In this document: positions 37,819 through 47,497 of the stretch, piece by piece | How positions within the stretch are numbered: position 1 is the stretch's first letter | Layout: each line of letters opens with the position of its first letter | Origin: Methanobacteriota archaeon | GTDB taxonomy: Archaea; Thermoplasmatota; Poseidoniia; Poseidoniales; Thalassarchaeaceae | Assembly: GCA_011523185.1 (NCBI GenBank) | Contig: WTHI01000092.1 | Location: 3,048-58,337, forward strand | DNA: 55,290 nt | Reading direction: 5' to 3' | The notes under the pieces: generated by a model | Seen by the model: only the letters and a program-made list of their open reading frames with translations | Database searches by the model: none | What the model was told of the DNA's origin: nothing | Translations under genes and position numbers: made by a program

Positions 37819-40413
37819 TCATCTATGGCTAATTCGCTCTCCCGATCCAAATGTGCGCCAAATCTCTCTAACTTGAGTTTCTGTTATACCCTCAACTTGT
37901 CTTAGGTCATCTTCATCAGCCCAAATCAGCGCAGCTATTGTTCCATATCTGTTCAGTAAACGATTGGCAAGGTCCTGATCGACACTAGGTATGGCGATTA
38001 GAAGGGACATCGCAGTGAATTTCTCTTGATTGGGGGATTTGCGTAATTCTCTTGCTCCTGCTGCCGCTTGGGTTACTGGGTCCATCCAGATTTCCGGTTT
38101 TACTGCTTCCAATCTATCTCTTGCTTGAGGGGTTAGACCGTCCAACATTGACTCTTCTCTCCTCGATGCAACGGTGAGGAATCGAGCAGTTTCAGCCCCA
38201 TCTTTTGTCGTTACAATTGGTATTCCAAAATCGAGTGCCAATGTTGTCAATGCACCCATTAACGCATGGGGGTGAACTCTGTTTGATTCGAATAACCCTT
38301 CACCTTCGATTAACAATAGGCTTCTAGGAGCTGCACCCACTAGTCTGCTAGCTTGTTCAAGTAGACGCCCGTCGACCAATGAATCAACAAAATCTCGCAC
38401 TGTCTTTCGTTCTACCAAGATTCGTTCTCCGATGCGGAAATCTCCTGTCACAAGCCGGTCTATTCTGACATCTGCTCCAAGAGATTTCAAACGGGCTACA
38501 ACAGAACTGTTGAGTTCTCGGTCATCTGCACAAATCAAAGCCCCTGGAACGTCTGGTGGACTATCGTCTAAATCTAACAAATCCTGGGCGGATGATACAG
38601 GATTTTTCTCCTTCAGTCGTATACTTGGTTGCTGCTCAGAGTCATCCAAATCTTGTTTCTTTTTTCTTGGTTTGAATTGCTCAAGCCCAGTCTGACCTCT
38701 TGGTCTGAATATAGAGGGCGGAAGTTGCCCCGAGTCAGCGGGTTCGTTTTCGTCGGTTGTTTCTTCAACTTCCTTTAGAACGGGTCGATTTTTTTTCCTA
38801 ACTGCAATAACGAACTCAGTCGCGGAAATTTTACTTCCATTTTCGACAACTGAGAAGTTACTCAAATTAGATAGGTCAACATGCGTACTGCGAGCAAGTT
38901 TACGTCCAACTCTAGCAACGGCTCGATGCATGTTTTGTTCACGTCGGAGAGCCGCCGCTCTAGCTCCTTCGTCGCGGGTATCTTCAGCAATTAATACCAC
39001 AACATCTCCATCACGTTGTCTTCCTGTTCTACCTCTTCTTTGGATTGTCCGAATCTCACTTGCAACCGGCTCGTAGAAGATCACCAAGTCGGCGGTTGGT
39101 ATGTCCAATCCTTCTTCTCCAACGCTAGTCGCTATCAGGACATTTCCTTCTCCTGCACGGAAGGATTCGATTCGCTCAACTTGTTGTTTTGGAGTCAAAC
39201 CTGTACCACTAGCTCTTTTGCTCTGGCCGATGAATTGTATCGGCCTTACATCCTTTAGATTCAGTAAAGCGGTTTCCAGTGCACTGACTGTATCTCTATA
39301 AGTTGCAAAGACAATAATTCTTGATTCCGGGTCACGGCGTATTCTTTCCCTTACCAGCCTTCTAACGGCACCAACTTTACTATGAGATTCTGGCATTTCT
39401 GCTAGGCTGTCACGAAGGCTCCTAATCCGAGAATCTCTAAGCAAATTTCGGGTATTTTTCTTCTCAGCATCTTCACCGGTTTCCTTCCTATCGAGAAATT
39501 CTTTCGCTGCCGCCAATCCTTGGCAAAGAAGGTGGTTGATTAGGTGGTGGAGGGACATGGCTAGGCCAATTCGACTCATCGATCCATAAGCATCCGCTTG
39601 ACCTCTGCGAACGGCCAAATTTGCTCGTTCCATCGCATTGGCAAGACCTCGATGAGTTACTGCACCAGGCATCACATACCTACCCAATCTTCTTTCCCTT
39701 TCGACAATAGATTCCTGCCATCGAACTAAGGGTTCTGCTAACTCGCGAATCTCATCGGGAACTCTCACTTTCAATTCTTCAATATCGAGATTCGCTAAGT
39801 GTTCTGAAAGCATATTATCTTCTGATGTACGTAGATGAATTCGGCCTACTCGCAGCCTATTACAAATTTCTTGGACCTTTTCTGTATTCGAGCCGGGGCT
39901 CGCGGTCATTCCGAGAATTAGTGGCTCATTTGCCAACTCTAGGTATAGGTCGGCTACCTGTGCCTCGGCTCGCTCTCCGGTTGAGTGATGGGCCTCATCG
40001 ATAATCAACAGACAACAATCTGAGAGATCGAGCAATCCTCGATTAACATCATTACGAACTACTTGCGGAGTCGATACTACCAATCTACCCTTATTCCACA
40101 TCCCTTCTCTTTTGCTTGGCGGGATTGCTCCGCTCATCGAAATCGGTTTGGTCGAATCCTTGTCGAATACTAATTCTAAATCGTCAAAGTGTTGTTTGAC
40201 TAGAGCCGCAGTAGGGGCAATCATCAATGCCCAACCATTTGTTCTCTCTAGCATCTCGGCGATGGCCATCCAAGCAACAGCCGTTTTACCCGCAGCTGTG
40301 GGTAAGACAAGTAGGGTCGAACTAGACAATGCAACATCCACTGCTTCCAGTTGGTAAGCCCTAGCCTCAACTACTCCCTCTTGGAGTCCGTCGTGGTGAA
40401 GGCTAGTGCTCAT
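37819..40413 (-). CDS. hef: Hef: SF2 (FANCM/MPH1-like) helicase fused to ERCC4/XPF nuclease and HhH
   Basis: RAYQ, LPTAAGKT, DEAHH, MTASPG, ATSVGEEGLDIP, QRRGRTGR; GDF...VERKT nuclease motif. Confidence 0.93.
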   Translation of the reverse strand: MSTSLHHDGLQEGVVEARAYQLEAVDVALSSSTLLVLPTAAGKTAVAWMAIAEMLERTNGWALMIAPTAALVKQHFDDLELVFDKDSTKPISMSGAIPPSKREGMWNKGRLVVSTPQVVRNDVNRGLLDLSDCCLLIIDEAHHSTGERAEAQVADLYLELANEPLILGMTASPGSNTEKVQEICNRLRVGRIHLRTSEDNMLSEHLANLDIEELKVRVPDEIRELAEPLVRWQESIVERERRLGRYVMPGAVTHRGLANAMERANLAVRRGQADAYGSMSRIGLAMSLHHLINHLLCQGLAAAKEFLDRKETGEDAEKKNTRNLLRDSRIRSLRDSLAEMPESHSKVGAVRRLVRERIRRDPESRIIVFATYRDTVSALETALLNLKDVRPIQFIGQSKRASGTGLTPKQQVERIESFRAGEGNVLIATSVGEEGLDIPTADLVIFYEPVASEIRTIQRRGRTGRQRDGDVVVLIAEDTRDEGARAAALRREQNMHRAVARVGRKLARSTHVDLSNLSNFSVVENGSKISATEFVIAVRKKNRPVLKEVEETTDENEPADSGQLPPSIFRPRGQTGLEQFKPRKKKQDLDDSEQQPSIRLKEKNPVSSAQDLLDLDDSPPDVPGALICADDRELNSSVVARLKSLGADVRIDRLVTGDFRIGERILVERKTVRDFVDSLVDGRLLEQASRLVGAAPRSLLLIEGEGLFESNRVHPHALMGALTTLALDFGIPIVTTKDGAETARFLTVASRREESMLDGLTPQARDRLEAVKPEIWMDPVTQAAAGARELRKSPNQEKFTAMSLLIAIPSVDQDLANRLLNRYGTIAALIWADEDDLRQVEGITETQVREIWRTFGSGERISHR

Positions 40414-40510
40414 GGGCCCTGTGTTTCAAGGTCAGGGTTCAAAATACTTACACAAGCCCCCCTCTATCACTTACACCCCGTAGGGGTGGAATCTTTCAAT
40501 GCCCGATTCG

Positions 40511-40706
40511 TTCATATAGGGTATGGAGGTCGCAAGGCCGCTCACTACGTGAGGCACCAGACACCACAGGGCTCTGTACTAACATCCCGGAAACCCGAAT
40601 TCCACTCGGAAATCGGCTTTCGGTGTCACGGTTCCTCCCTAACGTGGTGGCCCGGTCTGAATCCGCTTCGGCGGCAAACTTACCGGTAAATACTGGAGGA
40701 CAAACA
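40511..40706 (+). promoter_or_regulatory. Promoter and long structured 5' leader of the ribosomal protein operon
   Basis: TTCATATA at 40511; hairpins CTCAC-TAC-GTGAG and CCGC-TTCG-GCGG; long-range CAGAC/GTCTG and ACCAC/GTGGT pairing; SD GGAGG. Confidence 0.5.
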
Positions 40707-41783
40707 ATGGCCGACCGACATAACCCCCGCCGTGGTAGCATGGGCTTTAGCCCTCGAAAGAGGGCAATTCGACCCTATGGACGAATTACTTCCTGGCCCG
40801 AAAGCGATGCAACTGAGATCCGAGTTCAGGGATTCGCAGGATGGAAAGCCGGAATGACTCACGTCTTGATGAGAGACACAAACCCCAACTCTACTTCAGC
40901 CGGTCAAGAGGTTCGAAAGGCGGTTACTGTTGTTGAGGTTCCTCCGATGAAGGTTCTAGCCGTTCGTGGCTACCATATGACTCCTTACGGTATGCAAACC
41001 GCAGGAGAAGCTTGGGCTAATTCCGATGAAGGTCCAACAGGCCTTCATCCTCGCTTCGCTAACCAGACTCGCGGAGAGCGCGATGCTGAAGAAGGACGAA
41101 AGCCTTCCAAGCGTGCTGGTCGAATTCCGCTAAGAGATGCTGAAACCAATGAAGATGCATTCGAAGCACTTTCCAGCGCATCTCTTTGCGATATACGCCT
41201 CATTGTTGCAACTCAACCTTCACTAGTAAAGAGCGTACCATCTAAGACTCCAGAAATCATGGAAGTTGGTTTAGTTGGTGGAGATAACGCTGCAAAACTC
41301 GAATGGGCTAAGGAGCGATTAGGCGGGGAAATTACCGTTGCTGATGTTTACGATTCTGGTCAAGAGATCGACGTTGTTGGAATCACTAAGGGCAAGGGAT
41401 TCCAAGGTGTTGTGAAGAGATTCGGAGTTAAGCTACTGAGCCACAAGAACTCAAAGAAGCGCCGTCAGATTGGAAACATGGGTGACTTCGGTACTGGTTA
41501 CGTTCGAAAGACAATCCGTCAAGCAGGTCAGATGGGATACCATCAGCGCACAGAATTGAACAAGCGCGTACTTCGAATTTCAAATCCAGATGAGTCAGAT
41601 GTGACTCCAGCTGGTGGCTTCCTACATTACGGAGAAGTTACCAATCCTTACATGATAGTCCAGGGTAGTTTACCAGGTCCGGCAAAGCGCCTTCTGCGCT
41701 TCCGTGACGCTGTTCGCCCCAATGCGAAACTGCACGAAGTCGATTTGACCTATGTCAGTACTTCGAGCAAGCAGGGAGTGTGA
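40707..41783 (+). CDS. rpl3: 50S ribosomal protein L3 (uL3)
   Basis: PRRGSMGFSPRKRA, GWKAGMTH, TKGKGFQGVVKRFG, AGQMGYHQRTE. Confidence 0.97.
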   Translation: MADRHNPRRGSMGFSPRKRAIRPYGRITSWPESDATEIRVQGFAGWKAGMTHVLMRDTNPNSTSAGQEVRKAVTVVEVPPMKVLAVRGYHMTPYGMQTAGEAWANSDEGPTGLHPRFANQTRGERDAEEGRKPSKRAGRIPLRDAETNEDAFEALSSASLCDIRLIVATQPSLVKSVPSKTPEIMEVGLVGGDNAAKLEWAKERLGGEITVADVYDSGQEIDVVGITKGKGFQGVVKRFGVKLLSHKNSKKRRQIGNMGDFGTGYVRKTIRQAGQMGYHQRTELNKRVLRISNPDESDVTPAGGFLHYGEVTNPYMIVQGSLPGPAKRLLRFRDAVRPNAKLHEVDLTYVSTSSKQGV

Positions 41784-41787
41784 TAAT

Positions 41788-42666
41788 ATGAAGACAAAGT
41801 CATACAATCTGGTAAACAATGTCGAGCAAGAAGAAATGGACGCAGGTCTACTGGCTGAGATGTACGAAGTCGAGGCAAAGGATGGCAAATCTGTAACTCT
41901 ACCTTCTGTATTCAGCTCGGAAATTCGTGAAGATCTAATTCGAAGAGCAGTTTTGGCTAGTCGAGCAAATCGTCGCCAAGCATACGGACATCGAGAACAC
42001 GATGGAAAGCGTGCACCTCAACCTGGAATGAAGCATTCTGTAGAATGGTGGGGTAAGGGACGAGGTGTCTCTCGAATTATGAGAAAAGCAGGACAGCGTA
42101 CCGCCGCTCAGAACCCTCACACACGAGGCGGTCGAAGAGCTCACGGCCCTATGGTCGCAAAGGACTGGTCCCAGAAGATAAACAGCAAGGAAAATGCAAC
42201 CGCTCGTGATTCAGCAATTGCAGCAACAGCAAATGCAGAAATTGTCGCAGCACGAGGTCATCAATTCGATAGCCAAGTTCGATTCCCAATCGTAATCGAC
42301 GGATATGTTGAGAGCCGCGAAGAAGGAGACGAGAAGTATTCCATCGAGTCCATCCCTCTACAGTATTCAACTCGCAAGTTCGTCGCCATGATGGAAGGTC
42401 TTGGTCTAGGCGAAGATCTAGAGCGAGCTCGAACCGGCCGCAACATTCGCGCAGGTAAGGGTACAATGCGTGGCCGAAAATACAGGACGCCGAAGAGCAT
42501 TCTATTGGTAGTCGCTCAATCTGACGGCTTAGCTAAGGCTGCTCGTAACGTTCCAGGAGTCGATGTTGTCGCTGCTAAGGACCTCAGCGCTGAGGATTTA
42601 GCTCCCGGCGGCGATGCAGGCCGTCTCACAGTTTGGACCAAGGATGCAATAGGAGCACTGGAGTGA
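41788..42666 (+). CDS. rpl4: 50S ribosomal protein L4 (uL4)
   Basis: IREDLIRRAV, WGKGRGVSRI, RGGRRAH, IRAGKGTMRGR, LAPGGDAGRLTVW. Confidence 0.97.
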   Translation: MKTKSYNLVNNVEQEEMDAGLLAEMYEVEAKDGKSVTLPSVFSSEIREDLIRRAVLASRANRRQAYGHREHDGKRAPQPGMKHSVEWWGKGRGVSRIMRKAGQRTAAQNPHTRGGRRAHGPMVAKDWSQKINSKENATARDSAIAATANAEIVAARGHQFDSQVRFPIVIDGYVESREEGDEKYSIESIPLQYSTRKFVAMMEGLGLGEDLERARTGRNIRAGKGTMRGRKYRTPKSILLVVAQSDGLAKAARNVPGVDVVAAKDLSAEDLAPGGDAGRLTVWTKDAIGALE

Positions 42667-42671
42667 TTGAC

Positions 42672-42962
42672 ATGGTAGACCCGTATGCTATTATTGAGAT
42701 GCCTTGGATTACCGAGAAGACACTCGAAGCACGCCGAGTTGCTGACCAAGAGGGCGGCTATCGAGAGAATAACAACAGAATCGAATTTATCGTTAGGCGC
42801 GAAGCGACAAAAGCCGAGATCAAAGCAGCAGTTGAGGAATTACTTGACGTTCAGGTTGCTAAGGTCAACACGAAGATTACTATCACAGGCAAGCACGCAT
42901 CAGTGCGCCTTGCCGATGGCTATGATGCGGAGGAAGCAGCGCTCAAGTTAGGAGCATTCTGA
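42672..42962 (+). CDS. rpl23: 50S ribosomal protein L23 (uL23)
   Basis: PWITEK, ATKAEIKAAVE, KVNT; operon position. Confidence 0.95.
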   Translation: MVDPYAIIEMPWITEKTLEARRVADQEGGYRENNNRIEFIVRREATKAEIKAAVEELLDVQVAKVNTKITITGKHASVRLADGYDAEEAALKLGAF

Positions 42963-42974
42963 TGAGGTGATATT

Positions 42975-43691
42975 ATGGGTAAGCGAACACGTTCACAACG
43001 CCGCGGTTCAAGTCCAAAGAACCGGGTATCAAGTCACAGGTTCCCTGCAGCTAACCGCATCCCACGCGTAAGCGAGAAAATGGGTGAGGTAACTGACCTC
43101 GTTCACAGTGCGGCTCACACCGCCCCCCTTGCTCGTGTCAAGTTCGAAGATGGAACAACTGCTCACATCGCAGCACCAGAGGGTGTTTCAGTGGGACAGG
43201 AATTGGCCTTCGGAGACAATGTAAGCCTGCGACCAGGAAATGTAACCAAACTCTCAGAGATTCCTGAGGGTACTCCAATCTGTAATGTTGAATCGCGTCC
43301 AGGAGATGGCGGCAAGTTCGCTCGCTCTGGCGGTAACTCTGCAGTATTGGAAACTAGAATGGGCGACAAGGTGAGAATCAGAATGCCTAGTGGCTCTTTG
43401 AAAGATCTTCCAGCATCCTGCCGTGCTACTATTGGGGTACTAGGTGGACACGGACGAACCGATAAGCCACTGATGAAGGCTGGTGCTGCTCACTACCGTC
43501 AAAAGGCTCGAGGAAAGCTCTACCCAACAGTCAGTGGTGTTGCAATGAATCCAGTCGACCACCCGCACGGTGGTGGAAATCACCAGGCGGTTCACGGACC
43601 TAACTCTGTCAGTCGTAATGCACCACCTGGTCAGAAGGTAGGAAACATCGCTCCACGCCGAACCGGACGTGGAAGGACAAGGGAGCAATGA
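42975..43691 (+). CDS. rpl2: 50S ribosomal protein L2 (uL2)
   Basis: MGKR...QRRG, PGDGGKFARS, GVAMNPVDHPHGGG. Confidence 0.97.
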   Translation: MGKRTRSQRRGSSPKNRVSSHRFPAANRIPRVSEKMGEVTDLVHSAAHTAPLARVKFEDGTTAHIAAPEGVSVGQELAFGDNVSLRPGNVTKLSEIPEGTPICNVESRPGDGGKFARSGGNSAVLETRMGDKVRIRMPSGSLKDLPASCRATIGVLGGHGRTDKPLMKAGAAHYRQKARGKLYPTVSGVAMNPVDHPHGGGNHQAVHGPNSVSRNAPPGQKVGNIAPRRTGRGRTREQ

Positions 43692-43701
43692 GGTGTGAGA
43701 T

Positions 43702-44202
43702 ATGGCACGTAAATCAAAGAAGATGTTCCGCTCACCTAAGACTGCTCGACGTCAGGCTCGAAAGCGCCGCTCGACAATTGCTGAGCGCCGCAAGAAAGAG
43801 TTCCTTTGGCGCGGATTAACCATGGAGGAGTTGACTGAACTTCCACTCTATCCTCCAGAAGATAACCCAGAAGCACCTTGTATCGCTACATTGATGCCTT
43901 CTCGCGCCAAGAGGTCACTATCTCGTGGTCTTTCTGAAGAAGCAGAGAAATTCCTAGAGAAGGTTCGTGCGAATGGTGGCTCCAAGATGATTAGGACACA
44001 CTGCCGAGGTATGTTTGTCCTACCAGAGATGGTGGGTACTACAATCGGTGTACACAATGGCCGAGATTTCGTCAAGGTCGAAGTTATTCCAGAAATGATA
44101 GGGCACGCCTTGGGCGAGTTTGCTCCAACCCGCAGATCGGTAACGCACACTGGTCCTGGTGTAGGTGCTACTCGATCAAGTAAGCACGTGGCATTGAAGT
44201 GA
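43702..44202 (+). CDS. rps19: 30S ribosomal protein S19 (uS19)
   Basis: IRTHCR, LPEMVG, EMIGHALGEF, GVGATRSSKHVALK. Confidence 0.96.
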   Translation: MARKSKKMFRSPKTARRQARKRRSTIAERRKKEFLWRGLTMEELTELPLYPPEDNPEAPCIATLMPSRAKRSLSRGLSEEAEKFLEKVRANGGSKMIRTHCRGMFVLPEMVGTTIGVHNGRDFVKVEVIPEMIGHALGEFAPTRRSVTHTGPGVGATRSSKHVALK

Positions 44203-44213
44203 GGTGAAGAAGA

Positions 44214-44741
44214 ATGAGTCGAATTTCAGGTAAGCCACAATCCGGATACACTCAATTGCTTGAGGGATCGAATCTAGCTACTGCACGTGCAGTAAACCTA
44301 GATATTCATCACAAGCACTGCTACCAAATTGCTAAGTTCATTCGAGGGATGAATGCAGTTGATGCTATCGAATACTTGGAGAAAGTGATGGATAAGAAGG
44401 AAGCAATTCCGTACTCTCGCAGATCTAGAAAGGGTAAGGGTGGAAACACCATGGCCGGTCATAGAAAAGGAAAGATGGGCCCAGGTCGCTATCCATACAA
44501 AGCATCAAGAGAATTCATCAAACTGATTAACAGTGCTATGGAGAATGCCCGTCAGCGCTACGATACAATCGATGCTGAAGACATGGTAATTACTCACTGT
44601 GCCGCACACCGCGGTCAAGTACACACTGGTTGGAAGCCTCGCGCGCGCGGACGTGCTACACCCAAGAACCACTACCAAGTGAATCTCGAGATTTTCCTCG
44701 AACACTTCGGCGATGAAGAAGAAGAGGAAGACGAATTCTGA
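44214..44741 (+). CDS. rpl22: 50S ribosomal protein L22 (uL22)
   Basis: GRYPYKA, PRARGRATP. Confidence 0.96.
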   Translation: MSRISGKPQSGYTQLLEGSNLATARAVNLDIHHKHCYQIAKFIRGMNAVDAIEYLEKVMDKKEAIPYSRRSRKGKGGNTMAGHRKGKMGPGRYPYKASREFIKLINSAMENARQRYDTIDAEDMVITHCAAHRGQVHTGWKPRARGRATPKNHYQVNLEIFLEHFGDEEEEEDEF

Positions 44742-44751
44742 GGTGAAAAAG

Positions 44752-45549
44752 ATGAGTAAAGTAAACACAATTCGAAACATCGTTCACCGTAATATCGAAC
44801 GCCAGCTAGTTCGCGAGTATCTTCTCAAGGAGACCGAGCGTGCTGGATTTGGCGGTCTTGAATTCAACCGTACTCCTGACGGGACCAAGGTTACACTGTC
44901 TGCAGAACAAGTCGGTCGTGTAATCGGTAGAAGAGGTAAGGTAATTCACGAATTACAGCGCAGACTGAAAGAAGACTTCGATCTAGAAAAGCCTCATCTC
45001 GAGGTAAACGAAATCGAAGAACCTCGTCTAAATGCACAGGTTATGGCGAGCAGACTAGCTTCCTCTCTAGAGAGAGGTTGGTTCTTCCGCCGAGCAGGCC
45101 ACAGTACATCCCAGAATATTATGGATGCAGGAGCACGTGGATGTTTGATTATTCTCTCAGGAAAGATATCGGGTGCACGTCACCGAGTTGAAAAGTTCCA
45201 ACGAGGTCACATCAAATTCTGTGGCGAAACCGCTCTTCAATTAATGGACGAAGGATTTTCGACAGCAGTCAAGAAATTAGGAACAATTGGCTGCACAGTC
45301 CGTATCATGCGGCCAGGTGTAAAGCTACCACACGAAATTACTATTCAAGACAGACAGGAATCGGGTCTAGGACCTATCGAAGAAGTCTCCATGCTGGAGA
45401 TTCCTGATGAGGAGCCGGAGTCAGCATCTCAAGTCGAAGAGGCAGATGTTGCCGACGCCGAAGAAGTCGTCGACAGTGTTGTCGAAAAGATGGCTGAAAT
45501 GGAAGCAGAAGCCAATGAAGAATCAACAGATGTAGGAGAGGAGGAGTGA
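44752..45549 (+). CDS. rps3: 30S ribosomal protein S3 (uS3)
   Basis: AGFGG, VIGRRG KH domain, LERGWFFRRAG, GARGC; acidic tail. Confidence 0.97.
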   Translation: MSKVNTIRNIVHRNIERQLVREYLLKETERAGFGGLEFNRTPDGTKVTLSAEQVGRVIGRRGKVIHELQRRLKEDFDLEKPHLEVNEIEEPRLNAQVMASRLASSLERGWFFRRAGHSTSQNIMDAGARGCLIILSGKISGARHRVEKFQRGHIKFCGETALQLMDEGFSTAVKKLGTIGCTVRIMRPGVKLPHEITIQDRQESGLGPIEEVSMLEIPDEEPESASQVEEADVADAEEVVDSVVEKMAEMEAEANEESTDVGEEE

Positions 45550-45551
45550 AA

Positions 45552-45755
45552 ATGGCACATATCAAGTCAAGAGATATTGACCAGATGAACCCTGAACAAC
45601 GTGAGCGTCGTCTCGCCGAGCTAAGGGAAGAACTTCTCCAACTACGTGCTCAGCAAGCCCTTGGAGGTTCATCCTCCAATGCGGGCGCATACAAGCAAAC
45701 ACGTAGGAGCATTGCACGTCTTCTTACGAAGATGTCCGAGGAGAGTAAGGAGTAG
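45552..45755 (+). CDS. rpl29: 50S ribosomal protein L29 (uL29)
   Basis: LAELREELL, RRSIARLLT. Confidence 0.93.
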   Translation: MAHIKSRDIDQMNPEQRERRLAELREELLQLRAQQALGGSSSNAGAYKQTRRSIARLLTKMSEESKE

Positions 45756-45761
45756 ACCCAA

Positions 45762-46061
45762 ATGGCAGGCATTTGCAATCTATGTGGTCTACCCGATGAA
45801 CTATGCATCTGCCAGGAAATAGCAAAAGAACAACAGAAAGCAATCATTTCAACAGTAAGAAGGAGGTATGGAAAGATGGTAACAATGGTAGAAGGAATCG
45901 AAGATTCTGCTATCGATATTGGTAAGTTAGCAAAGTTGCTGAAAAGCGCTTGTGCTAGTGGTGGTACTGTAAAGGGCCGCACCATCGAACTCCAAGGCGA
46001 GCACAAGAAGCGTGTCGCCAAGGTCCTTGAACAGAATGGATATCAAGTAGAGGTGCGCTAA
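45762..46061 (+). CDS. sui1: Translation initiation factor SUI1 (aIF1)
   Basis: CNLCGLPDELCIC, RRYGK, LKSACASGGTVK, IELQGEH. Confidence 0.96.
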   Translation: MAGICNLCGLPDELCICQEIAKEQQKAIISTVRRRYGKMVTMVEGIEDSAIDIGKLAKLLKSACASGGTVKGRTIELQGEHKKRVAKVLEQNGYQVEVR

Positions 46062-46319
46062 ATGAGCATCATGCATGCACCTTGGTTGGCTCGGGAAATC
46101 GAAGTTATTGGAAGCCGAGATCCAAGCCTAGTTGGAGTAACTGGGATGATTGTCGAAGAAACTCGTAGAACTCTAAGAGTTCGAACAATTGGTGGAGAAG
46201 TCACTCTGCCTAAGGATGTAATCACATTCACAATAGATTCTGAGGAGGTTGAAATCGATGGCGCAAGCGTCACACAGAGACCTGAGGATCGCATCAACCG
46301 AAGATATAGGAGGAACTGA
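46062..46319 (+). CDS. rnp1: Ribonuclease P protein subunit Rpp29 (Rnp1)
   Basis: SLVGVTGMIVEET, LPK, RPEDRI; conserved position between sui1 and rps17. Confidence 0.9.
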   Translation: MSIMHAPWLAREIEVIGSRDPSLVGVTGMIVEETRRTLRVRTIGGEVTLPKDVITFTIDSEEVEIDGASVTQRPEDRINRRYRRN

Positions 46320-46321
46320 AA

Positions 46322-46654
46322 ATGAAAGATATTGGAGTAGACGTCCGCGCACCTGAGGGTGAATGGGATGGTGACCAAAACTGCCCATTCTACGGTAGTC
46401 TAAGGCTACGAGGACAAATCATCGAAGGAACCGTATCATCTGTTGGTATGAGTAATTCAATTATCGTCCAGCGCGAAGTTACTCGATACATGAAGAAGTA
46501 TGAGCGCTACGAGAAAAGAACTCGCAGATATGCTGCACACTTACCGTCTTGTATTGGCGAGGTTGCAAGTGGGGAAAGCGTCCGAATAATGGAATGCAGG
46601 CCACTATCGAAAACCGTCAAATTTTGCGTAATTGAGAAGGGGGGTTCTGAATGA
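46322..46654 (+). CDS. rps17: 30S ribosomal protein S17 (uS17)
   Basis: CPFYGSL.LRG, KYERYEKR, ECRPLSKT. Confidence 0.97.
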   Translation: MKDIGVDVRAPEGEWDGDQNCPFYGSLRLRGQIIEGTVSSVGMSNSIIVQREVTRYMKKYERYEKRTRRYAAHLPSCIGEVASGESVRIMECRPLSKTVKFCVIEKGGSE

Positions 46655-47049
46655 GAGGAGTAGCAGGTAGAGCAACAGCCGGATTGCCAAGCATGGCAAG
46701 GATGGATTGTGTTGACAACACCGGAGCTAAGGTCGTACAACTGATTACCGTGCTAAAGAAGGGAGGCGTTGCTCGCCGATATCCTTCAGCAGGTGTTGGA
46801 GATATGATTCGCGTTACTGTCCGCAGAGGAACACCAGAAACTCGCCGTCAAATCTTCAATGCGGTTGTAGTACGTCAGAAGAGGCCATTCCGTCGAGTTG
46901 ACGGAACTTGGGTACAATTCGAAGACAATGCTTGCGTCATCACAAACGAGCGAGGAGATGTCAAGGGTTCCGATATCAAGGGACCAGTTAGCCGTGAGGC
47001 GGCTGAGCGGTGGCCTAGGATTGCTGCTACTGCTAAGCAGATTGTGTGA
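46651..47049 (+). CDS. rpl14: 50S ribosomal protein L14 (uL14)
   Basis: DNTGAK, AGVGD, FEDNA, IKGPVSREAAERWP. Confidence 0.97.
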   Translation: MRGVAGRATAGLPSMARMDCVDNTGAKVVQLITVLKKGGVARRYPSAGVGDMIRVTVRRGTPETRRQIFNAVVVRQKRPFRRVDGTWVQFEDNACVITNERGDVKGSDIKGPVSREAAERWPRIAATAKQIV

Positions 47050-47059
47050 GGTGTGAAGT

Positions 47060-47497
47060 ATGGTAAGTAAGAAAGCAGGAAAACAGCGTCAGGCACAAAC
47101 TGACGCCCCAATTCACGTCCGCAGGAAGCGAATTCGTGCTCGTCTGGTCAGTGATGATCCAGACTTAGCATTGATTCGTACAGTAACGGTAAGAGTAGGC
47201 GATGAAGTAGAAGTTCTTCGTGGAGATTTTGGATTCCCAAACAGTGCAAAGACTGATTCACGTGGAAAGAGACTTGGACAATCCCGCGGTCGAGCAGGGG
47301 TCAAGTCGAGTATCGTTGGCGTCGATACCAAGAGCGGTTATGTGCTAGTCGAAGGAGTAACCACTAGCACCGCTGATGGTAAAGAAGAGGCACTACCGAT
47401 TCATCCTTCCAATCTCATAGTTACAAAGTTGTACGAGGGAGACCCACTTCGCATAAAGCGAATCATGGAGAGAGCTAATGGAGGTGCTGAACAATGA
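47060..47497 (+). CDS. rpl24: 50S ribosomal protein L24 (uL24)
   Basis: KQR...AP.H.R, VRVGDEVEVLRG, PIHPSNL. Confidence 0.95.
   Translation: MVSKKAGKQRQAQTDAPIHVRRKRIRARLVSDDPDLALIRTVTVRVGDEVEVLRGDFGFPNSAKTDSRGKRLGQSRGRAGVKSSIVGVDTKSGYVLVEGVTTSTADGKEEALPIHPSNLIVTKLYEGDPLRIKRIMERANGGAEQ

Noticed and set aside
40351-40741. ORFs across the hef-rpl3 intergenic region and the upstream extension of L3 from 40623
   Set aside because: The SD GGAGG and L3 homology support a start at 40707; the region is better explained as promoter and leader.
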